Assembly: GCA_043765155.1 (NCBI GenBank) | Contig: JAYUJP010000001.1 | Location: 19,268 to 83,267 of the forward strand | DNA length: 64,000 nucleotides | Direction of reading: 5' to 3' | Source of the DNA: a bacterium | Lineage (GTDB): Bacteria > Patescibacteriota > Minisyncoccia > Phycocordibacterales > UBA5272 | Part shown: piece after piece, positions 57,323 through 64,000 of the stretch | How positions within the stretch are numbered: the first letter of the stretch is position 1 | Layout: each line of letters starts with the position of its first letter | Position numbers and translations under genes: made by a program | Notes under the pieces: model-generated | What the model saw: only the letters and a program-made list of their open reading frames with translations | Told to the model about the DNA's origin: nothing | Databases searched by the model: none

Positions 57323-57396
57323 TGGCTGCCAGGCTTGGACTCGAACCAAGATAATATCCTTCAGAGGGATGTGTCCTACCATTAGACGATCTGGCA
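57323..57396 (-). tRNA. tRNA-Gln(CTG)
   Basis: TGCCAGA...CCTGGCA-GCCA; anticodon loop CTCTGAA. Confidence 0.93.
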
Positions 57397-57473
57397 ATTT
57401 TGTTCTTATATTATATCACATTTTTGCAACATTTTCTATACCAAATATAAAGCTTGTAAAATAATATAGTATG

Positions 57474-57516
57474 CAAAAACACTAGCCGCAAGCGAAGCTT
57501 GCGGCTAGTGTTTTTG
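57474..57516. terminator. 20-bp perfect triloop palindrome downstream of ftsX
   Basis: CAAAAACACTAGCCGCAAGC-GAA-GCTTGCGGCTAGTGTTTTTG. Confidence 0.8.
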
Positions 57517-57600
57517 TGATTGTATTACTTTTTTATTTATCTCACTTTTTTATTTAAAATTTTTCTAATTTAGATTTACAAAAATTATTTATTTAATTTC

Positions 57601-58518
57601 CTAAACATTCAGATACTTTCTCACTGCGAGCATCGAAGAAATCATGGATACTAGTATACCCGAGATACACAATATTATAAATATCTGAACTATGTTTTCC
57701 TTGTAATATTGCAGCATATCAAAGCCTACAAAAAAATCAATAGTCTTGTCCCTAACCCAAGAGACTATAGGATACATTATTATAACTGACACCAGGCTAG
57801 CTATAACACCGTATATCGCGCTCTCAACTATAAATGGACCCCTAATGTACATATTACTAGCTCCTACTAGCTTCATGACTGATATCTCCTCCCTATAGGT
57901 AAATATCGCAAGTCGTACTGTGTTATATATTATCATAATAGACATAGCTATAAATACTAATACTACCAGCACTCCAAAGCTCTCGACTCCGCGTATTATA
58001 TTGTTAAGCTTGGCTATGCTCTCCTTTATATCTGTATAATTTATCTTGTCTATGGCCGCAAAGTCGTCCCCAAGTATCTTTTCTTCATTAATCTTTGATA
58101 TTATGTTTTCATATTCTAATGTGTCCTTGGCTATGACTGAGAATGACGCGCCAAATGGATTAGTACCCAGCTCACTTATTGACGCCAGAGTATCTGGATC
58201 ATTTTTATATGCCTCTTTAAAATTATTAAGAGTATCCTCTTTGGTTATATAGCTTACCTCTTTTACATTGCTGAGCTGAGTTAGCTTTTGCTTGATATTT
58301 AAAATAGAAACGTCCGTTGCCTCGCTCTTAAGATATATGGTTATATTAACTTTCTTTTTGATTTCTAATACGCTGTATTTAAATAGAGCCTCAACGAGAA
58401 ACATATTAGCTATGATTGTAAGCGTGACTACAAGTATAAAAATACTCGCTATAGAAATAGTTTTATTCCTATAAAATCCCTGAAAGCCTGCGGTAAAAAT
58501 TCTTTTTAATAAGTTCAT
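57601..58518 (-). CDS. ftsX: Cell division permease FtsX
   Basis: NTVRLAI...REEI.VMKLVGA...IRGPF; follows ftsE. Confidence 0.93.
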   Translation of the reverse strand: MNLLKRIFTAGFQGFYRNKTISIASIFILVVTLTIIANMFLVEALFKYSVLEIKKKVNITIYLKSEATDVSILNIKQKLTQLSNVKEVSYITKEDTLNNFKEAYKNDPDTLASISELGTNPFGASFSVIAKDTLEYENIISKINEEKILGDDFAAIDKINYTDIKESIAKLNNIIRGVESFGVLVVLVFIAMSIMIIYNTVRLAIFTYREEISVMKLVGASNMYIRGPFIVESAIYGVIASLVSVIIMYPIVSWVRDKTIDFFVGFDMLQYYKENIVQIFIILCISGILVSMISSMLAVRKYLNV

Positions 58519-58553
58519 ATATTTTTGGTTTACAATTTATATCTTGTTATGTT

Positions 58554-59231
58554 TTAGATGCTGTATTTGCCATGCTTATCATCACGGGCGACTCTACCCT
58601 TTTCCATCGTGATTACTCTCTTGCCTAGATTATCTATTACTCCCTTGTTGTGTGTTGTTAATATTACTGTAGTACCTAGATCATTAATCTTTTTAAATAT
58701 CTGAACTATATCATAAGTATTAACGGGATCAAGATTACCTGTAGGCTCGTCGGCGATTATTATCTCAGGCCTATTGACTATTGCCCTCGCTATCGCAACT
58801 CTCTGCTTTTCGCCGCCTGATAGCTCATGCGGAAATGAGTGCATACGAGACTTAAGATCTACAAGGTCAAGGACGTGGGGTACGTCAAGCTTTATCTCGT
58901 GGTCACTTTTACCTGCTGCCTCCATAGCAAAGGCTATGTTCTCATAGGCGGTTCTATTTGGGAGTAATCTAAAATCTTGAAATACGACGCCAATCTTGCG
59001 CCTATAATCATTGAGTAATCTACCTTTAAGGTCATGTATCACGTCGTCATGAAAAGAGACTTTTCCATTGGTTGGCTTTTCTTCAGCTAGCATTAGCTTG
59101 ATAAGGCTAGTTTTACCAGCTCCTGAGTGACCCACTATACTTACTAGCTCACCTTTTTCTATCAATATATTTATAGAGTCTAATATCTTATGACCTCTAT
59201 ACTCTTTGTTAACATTTTCAAACTGTATCAT
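58554..59231 (-). CDS. ftsE: Cell division ATPase FtsE
   Basis: GHSGAGKT, VFQDFRLL, LSGGEKQR. Confidence 0.94.
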   Translation of the reverse strand: MIQFENVNKEYRGHKILDSINILIEKGELVSIVGHSGAGKTSLIKLMLAEEKPTNGKVSFHDDVIHDLKGRLLNDYRRKIGVVFQDFRLLPNRTAYENIAFAMEAAGKSDHEIKLDVPHVLDLVDLKSRMHSFPHELSGGEKQRVAIARAIVNRPEIIIADEPTGNLDPVNTYDIVQIFKKINDLGTTVILTTHNKGVIDNLGKRVITMEKGRVARDDKHGKYSI

Positions 59232-59322
59232 AAATATAATTATAGCATTTTTATAAGATTTTATAAAAAGTTGTTAACAAAATATTTATTATTTGTTAAT
59301 TATTTTATAAATTTAAAATATA

Positions 59323-60144
59323 TTAAAACTGATTAACAACGCGAAGGTCACCGGTATAAAGCAGTCTTATATCATCTATGCCCCACTTTAGCATGGCCAG
59401 CCTATCTATACCACAGCCAAAAGCAAATCCTCTGTACTCGTTTGGACTTATGCCGCAGCTCTCTAGAACTTTTGGATTCACCATACCAGCTCCGCCAATT
59501 TCTATCCAGCCGGCACCTCTACATACGCTACACCTATCTCCTAAATCATCTTCTAAAGTTTTTTCTTCCCCGCTGTCCTCTTTTTTTAAATAACCAGTAC
59601 CAGAACATTTAAAACATTGCATATCAACTTCATTGCCAGGCTCGACAAAAGGGAAATAAGAAGATCTGAGTCTTATCTTTAATTCTTTTTCACTTTCGAA
59701 AAATTCTGTAAAAAATTTCTGCATCACACCTATCATCATGGCTAAGCTCGCATCTTTTGCAACATACAATCCCTCTACTTGGTGGAATTGCGCCTCATGA
59801 GTAGCATCAGTTGCTTCATTTCTAAAAACTTTTCCAGGGCAGCATATAGCAATCGGAAATGGGCCACCAGCAGCTACAACCTTTTCCATGGTTCTGATCT
59901 GCATATTGCTGGTATGGGTACGTAGCACATAACCAGCTTCTTCGCTGTATTTATTTTGTGTCTTGATATCTTTTATCCAAAAAGTATCCTGCATGTCTCT
60001 AGCTGGGTGATTTTTAGATATATTAAGTGCGTCAAAATTATGCCATTCATCGTCAAGCTCAGGACCTGAGACAGTATCAAATCCCATATTTGAAAATATT
60101 TTGGATATCTTGTCTATTGAGATTGTTATAGGGTGTGAGTGCAT
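59323..60144 (-). CDS. pheS: Phenylalanyl-tRNA synthetase alpha subunit, short form
   Basis: HSHP, NFDAL, HPARDMQDTF, LRTHTS, FHQVEG, YFPFVEP, GFAFG. Confidence 0.95.
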   Translation of the reverse strand: MHSHPITISIDKISKIFSNMGFDTVSGPELDDEWHNFDALNISKNHPARDMQDTFWIKDIKTQNKYSEEAGYVLRTHTSNMQIRTMEKVVAAGGPFPIAICCPGKVFRNEATDATHEAQFHQVEGLYVAKDASLAMMIGVMQKFFTEFFESEKELKIRLRSSYFPFVEPGNEVDMQCFKCSGTGYLKKEDSGEEKTLEDDLGDRCSVCRGAGWIEIGGAGMVNPKVLESCGISPNEYRGFAFGCGIDRLAMLKWGIDDIRLLYTGDLRVVNQF

Positions 60145-60190
60145 GATTTATTTTTATAATTATTTTTAATAGTATTTATTGTCTTGAAGT

Positions 60191-60601
60191 TTAAACTTTC
60201 AAAAGATCTTTGCTTTTTATACTTTCTATCTTAACTCTTACCATTTCTACAAACTTTTTCCTAAAACCATAAGCGGAGGTTATGTCTTTTTTAAGAAAAT
60301 CTTCTCTAAGACTTAATTCCAAAAAGTCTATATCATTTATTTTTGACACCCTCTCTATTTTTGAAGCCCTATCTACACCATTTTCTACTACTCCATTAGA
60401 CCTTTTTATTTCCCCCATTTTAAAAGCAATCAAAGTTAAGTCTTTTAGTTTTTTTGCAGTTGTGATATATAAACACTTTTCTATATCAGACATTTTTCTA
60501 AAGTCCTTTAGTACTGATGAGGTTGTGGGTTCCAAAAAGCTAGATCCTGGTACTGAGTTTTTAAAGTTTGAAACCGGTACAGAATGAGAGAAATTTTTCA
60601 T
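60191..60601 (-). CDS. Hypothetical protein (start MKNFS)
   Basis: ORF track; ATG follows a TGTTATAAT promoter. Confidence 0.55.
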   Translation of the reverse strand: MKNFSHSVPVSNFKNSVPGSSFLEPTTSSVLKDFRKMSDIEKCLYITTAKKLKDLTLIAFKMGEIKRSNGVVENGVDRASKIERVSKINDIDFLELSLREDFLKKDITSAYGFRKKFVEMVRVKIESIKSKDLLKV

Positions 60602-60698
60602 ATTTATATTTAATTTATCATAATTATAACAAAATAAAATTATAAACACTATACTTTACAAGTATATATTTGTATTTTATAAATTATTAGATTCTATG

Positions 60699-62015
60699 TT
60701 AGACTTTGTTGTCTTGTATCTGCCATTTGTTCTCACTATTAAATAGAAACTTATACACTGCTATAAAAAGAAACAGCGGAGCTACAAAAGGATATACAAA
60801 AACATAAACAAAGAAATTAACTAAAATAGGGTTCTTGTTATTAGCCATTTTACGAGATGTTACTAACACTATGCCAAGTATTGTAAATATAAAAATACTT
60901 TGTACCAAAAATATATCTGTAGTTATATAAAATGGATCAAAGTTAAGATTGTTTATACTCGGCAAAATAAGACCTAGAGCATAATAATTTTCTATTTTTA
61001 AATACCATAACTGTAATGTTTTTACAACAGTAAAAGTTACAGCATATAGAACGTAAAATACGAATACAGCCGCGACTGGTAACGTGAACATTCCAAAATG
61101 TCCATATTTCTTTTTGAAAAACATTTCTCTATAATCCCAAGCATTCTCTAGGAATCCCCTTATCCATCTTACTCTCTGTTTTAAAAGTCCTCTGAGTGTA
61201 TCTGGGCCCACTGTATAGACATACGCTTTGTGGGCATTGGCTATCTTATAATGATTTTTATGTAGTCTTAGAGTCATCTCAAAATCTTCTGCATTATGAG
61301 CTGACTTATAATCACCTAACTCATCAAATACACTCTTTTTAAATACAGAAAATGGTCCAGGCATAACCTGTATAGCGTCTATAGCACTATAGGCTTTGCG
61401 CCAAAATATACTTAGCATGTACTCTACCACCTGAGCGCGCTGCCATATAGTGCGCACGTCACGCAGCTGCATACAGCTAGCAAGAGCCTTTATATTACTA
61501 TCTTTAAAATATTGAGCCGCTATGCTCATAGCATCAGTATGTAGGGTCGAATCTACATCAAGGCAGGCGACTAATTCTGTGTTTACATGCCTAAGGCCCG
61601 TATTCATTGCGTGATGTTTACCTTGCTTTGATTCAAAAATATATTTTATCCTTGTATCTAAATCTTCTAAAATAGCACCTGTGCTAATATCTTTTTTGTA
61701 CATAAAGCTTTCAACTATTTCTCTTGTATTATCAGTACTATTATTATCAAGATAGAATATTTCTATTTTATCTTTTGGGTAACTTAAATCTTGTATCGAT
61801 TTGATTGTGGTTGCTATATTTTTGCTTTCATTCCAACCAGGAAGCAAAAATGTTACACTTGGAAAATAGTCTTGGGCTATGTCTTCCTCATTATCCATTT
61901 TCTTTTTATTAGAAAGAAAATTATATAACATAAATACCTGAAAATATATAGACAAAAATATAAATGGATACAATAAAAACTCAAAAAATTTGTCTATATT
62001 ATCTAAAAAAATCAT
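60699..62015 (-). CDS. GT2 processive glycosyltransferase
   Basis: PGWNE, DNNSTD, GKHHAMN, LDVD, AEDFE, KQRVRW, TMs. Confidence 0.92.
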   Translation of the reverse strand: MIFLDNIDKFFEFLLYPFIFLSIYFQVFMLYNFLSNKKKMDNEEDIAQDYFPSVTFLLPGWNESKNIATTIKSIQDLSYPKDKIEIFYLDNNSTDNTREIVESFMYKKDISTGAILEDLDTRIKYIFESKQGKHHAMNTGLRHVNTELVACLDVDSTLHTDAMSIAAQYFKDSNIKALASCMQLRDVRTIWQRAQVVEYMLSIFWRKAYSAIDAIQVMPGPFSVFKKSVFDELGDYKSAHNAEDFEMTLRLHKNHYKIANAHKAYVYTVGPDTLRGLLKQRVRWIRGFLENAWDYREMFFKKKYGHFGMFTLPVAAVFVFYVLYAVTFTVVKTLQLWYLKIENYYALGLILPSINNLNFDPFYITTDIFLVQSIFIFTILGIVLVTSRKMANNKNPILVNFFVYVFVYPFVAPLFLFIAVYKFLFNSENKWQIQDNKV

Positions 62016-62056
62016 ATTTTTATCTCTTGTCTTATCTAATTTTTAGAAAAATAATA

Positions 62057-62776
62057 TTACTTTTTTATTTTAATATTTTTATTAATAGTTGAAGTAGAAG
62101 ACGTAGCGTCCAAAGTAGAAGTTGCTTGCTTTAAAGTACTTGGCAGCAAATCTTTTAACTCAGTAAGATTCTTGAGGTCATAATAAGCCCTATCTTCTAC
62201 TACCAGCACCGGGAATGTACTAGTTGAATTTATCTTGTATATTGCCTTAAGTGTTTTAACTGGGCCCAGATCTATATCATAATCAAAAGTATATACGCGT
62301 AGCTCTGGATATATATTACGTAGCTCAGAGAGTATGGCTGCCTGCTTACCGCAATCTTCACAAGTAGTTTTGCTTGGATACATGTATATCATAAATATTG
62401 GCTTTTTACTGTTACCACATTTATCTGCTATTTTTTTACCTATAATATAATCTTTTATCTGCAGTAATGAATAATACTTTTTAAGATAAGTTACTTGCTC
62501 ATTATTATAACCCAGCTCTCTTTCTGCATAAGTTAGCTTATCGCCTAATTCTCCTATTTGAGCTGCTACTGGGTTAAAATTTTCATCACTACAAGATATC
62601 TCCTTTAAAAGAAATTGTGTTTCGTTCGAGAGTAAATCAACCGCTATACTATCACTAATATTATTTATACTCTTAACTTTTTTGTCCGAAAAAAAATTAG
62701 ATACATAAAATGCCGTAGCAAATATTGATATTGTTATTATAAGAGAAACTATATACCTACTATAATCAAATTTCAT
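62057..62776 (-). CDS. Membrane-anchored thioredoxin-like (CEDC) protein (start MKFDY)
   Basis: N-terminal TM, CEDC, FPVLVV; the longer start would overlap the tRNA. Confidence 0.7.
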   Translation of the reverse strand: MKFDYSRYIVSLIITISIFATAFYVSNFFSDKKVKSINNISDSIAVDLLSNETQFLLKEISCSDENFNPVAAQIGELGDKLTYAERELGYNNEQVTYLKKYYSLLQIKDYIIGKKIADKCGNSKKPIFMIYMYPSKTTCEDCGKQAAILSELRNIYPELRVYTFDYDIDLGPVKTLKAIYKINSTSTFPVLVVEDRAYYDLKNLTELKDLLPSTLKQATSTLDATSSTSTINKNIKIKK

Positions 62777-62797
62777 AAGATGTATTTCTATTTGTTG

Positions 62798-62870
62798 AGC
62801 CACCTGTCAGGATCGAACTGACGACCTACTGATTACAAATCAGTTGCTCTACCAACTGAGCTAAGGTGGC
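62798..62870 (-). tRNA. tRNA-Thr(TGT)
   Basis: GCCACCT...AGGTGGC-T; anticodon loop TTTGTAA. Confidence 0.96.
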
Positions 62871-62902
62871 TTACTTTCTAAGCTATTTGTTCAAATATTA
62901 TA

Positions 62903-63286
62903 TCACAAATTACTGTCAGAATCAATCTCTTTTTTAAACTTTTTAAGATCTTTCCAAAAAAATTTTACATAGCTTTTATTTTCTATAGATGCCTCTAAAA
63001 AGCTATTTATAAGCTTTTTATACCATGACCCAAATAAGCTCTGCATTATATTTATAAACTTTATAAAAAGTAACGCAAGATAATGAGTCAAGAATCTATA
63101 TACTCTGTTTAACTTTTTTAAGTAGAATTTTACTAGAACTTTTATAGTATTTCTAAAATTTTCATAAGAATTATACTTTTGACTTATTGCATAATCTGTT
63201 CTGGATAGATATTTATAATGCATAATCAAAACATATATTACGTATATACTTAATGTTGCTATTATAAATAAAAGAGCGTAGAGCAT
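62903..63286 (-). CDS. Hypothetical membrane protein
   Basis: N-terminal TM; directly follows tsf. Confidence 0.65.
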   Translation of the reverse strand: MLYALLFIIATLSIYVIYVLIMHYKYLSRTDYAISQKYNSYENFRNTIKVLVKFYLKKLNRVYRFLTHYLALLFIKFINIMQSLFGSWYKKLINSFLEASIENKSYVKFFWKDLKKFKKEIDSDSNL

Positions 63287-63305
63287 GTGCGTATCTTATA
63301 TAAAA

Positions 63306-63746
63306 CTATATAGAGTATCTTGTGATACTATTAAGTTTTACATTCTCGCCAAATTTTTGCACAGCCTGATTGATATAATCTTGTACTGTTATGTCGTTGT
63401 TTTTGACATAAGCTTGGGTTAGGCATTCCTCCAAAGTTTCTGGAGCTACGGCACATACATGCATCGCAATATCACTCGCTACTGTTTTAAATTCTGGGTT
63501 ATTAGCTACAAAGTCAGTCTCACATCCAAGAGAAATTATTGACCCCATAAGAGCTGTCGAATGTACATAGCTAGCTACTACTCCGCATGATACTTCTCTG
63601 TCAGCTTTTTTCTCAGCCTGCGCCGCACTATATTCTTTTAACTTTGATCTTGCTTGTTCTATGTCTCCATTAACTTCATCAAGAGCTTTTTTAATCTGGG
63701 CAAATGATAAACCTGTTTCTTCGCGCAGTAATTTTAAATTGTCCAT
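63306..63746 (-). CDS. tsf: Elongation factor Ts, short form
   Basis: LREETG, KKAL, GVVASYVH, CETDFVA, FGENV. Confidence 0.95.
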   Translation of the reverse strand: MDNLKLLREETGLSFAQIKKALDEVNGDIEQARSKLKEYSAAQAEKKADREVSCGVVASYVHSTALMGSIISLGCETDFVANNPEFKTVASDIAMHVCAVAPETLEECLTQAYVKNNDITVQDYINQAVQKFGENVKLNSITRYSI

Positions 63747-63788
63747 ATTCTATTATTATGATTAATTTTTAAATTTTATCTTTAATAA

Positions 63789-64000
63789 TTACTTATTAAA
63801 AATGGTCTTGATATGCTCAAGCATGGCTCTTGCAACCTGAGGAGCTGCATCATTACAAACTACAGGGTAATCTATAACTTTTATATCTGAGTCAGTATTA
63901 CATAGTGCAACTACTGGTATACGCATTCTAATAGCCTCATCAACACACATCCACTCCTTTTTAGAGTCTATAACAACAAGTGCTGCTGGTAATCCGTCAA
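63789..64000 (-). CDS. rpsB: 30S ribosomal protein S2, 3' end only
   Basis: Hand translation DGLPAALVVIDSKKE...EAIRMRIPVVALCNTD...YPVVCNDAA; upstream of tsf. Confidence 0.93.
   Translation of the reverse strand, partial: DGLPAALVVIDSKKEWMCVDEAIRMRIPVVALCNTDSDIKVIDYPVVCNDAAPQVARAMLEHIKTIFNK

Larger units (their letters stand above)
55586..57326. mobile_element. Recombinase-less two-gene cassette at the tRNA-Gln 3' end
   Basis: 55581-55604 matches tRNA 3' end 57324-57347 at 16/24; inverted arms contain a perfect CTAGCTCAA/TTGAGCTAG symmetric about a shared TG. Confidence 0.65.

Noticed and set aside
57234-57464. Plus-strand ORF over tRNA-Gln
   Set aside because: Antisense to the tRNA; no coding features
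118-60587. Remaining short antisense or nested ORFs in the ORF track
   Set aside because: They overlap well-supported genes and show no recognisable motifs
1-64000. CRISPR array, cas genes, rRNA, IS transposase, reverse transcriptase
   Set aside because: No regularly spaced repeats and no diagnostic motifs seen
1-64000. Alternative genetic code (TGA recoded)
   Set aside because: Conserved genes are intact under code 11, and TGA terminates genes such as the ABC exporter at 9065

Overview
AT-rich bacterial chromosome segment using genetic code 11. Gene content and style (short EF-Ts, PheS without its N-terminal arm, compact RNase P RNA, mostly SD-less AT-rich leaders) suggest Patescibacteria/CPR (Parcubacteria-like); this is inference. 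Core genes: gatB (partial), rpiB, gap, rpmG, rnr, murJ, rnpB, nrdA/nrdB, uvrC-like, ahpC, miaA, folP-folB-folK, tesA/ybbA/ybbP-like, secG, two RNase J paralogs, photolyase, ftsEX, pheS, tsf, rpsB (partial), plus six tRNAs (Trp, Asn, Phe, Arg, Gln, Thr). The strongest unexplained signal is a set of cassettes at tRNA 3' ends. A large serine recombinase gene ends inside tRNA-Asn. Hand-aligned inverted arms and junction sequences define a tandem of a ~7.9 kb recombinase-carrying element and a ~2.1 kb recombinase-less cassette at tRNA-Asn, a ~1.7 kb recombinase-less HEPN-like + trypsin-protease cassette at tRNA-Gln, and possibly a third at tRNA-Trp. The Asn and Gln crossovers fall at tRNA nt 71/72, and excision would give the recombinase a new in-frame C-terminus. 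Other signals: ten GC-rich C-(G/A)NA-G triloop palindromes (two inside protein-coding insertions), two candidate structured ncRNAs, a FolP-2OG-Fe(II) oxygenase fusion, an apparently catalytically dead RNase J paralog, and a stand-alone RNAP alpha-CTD protein. All alignments and folds were done by eye; no database searches were run.
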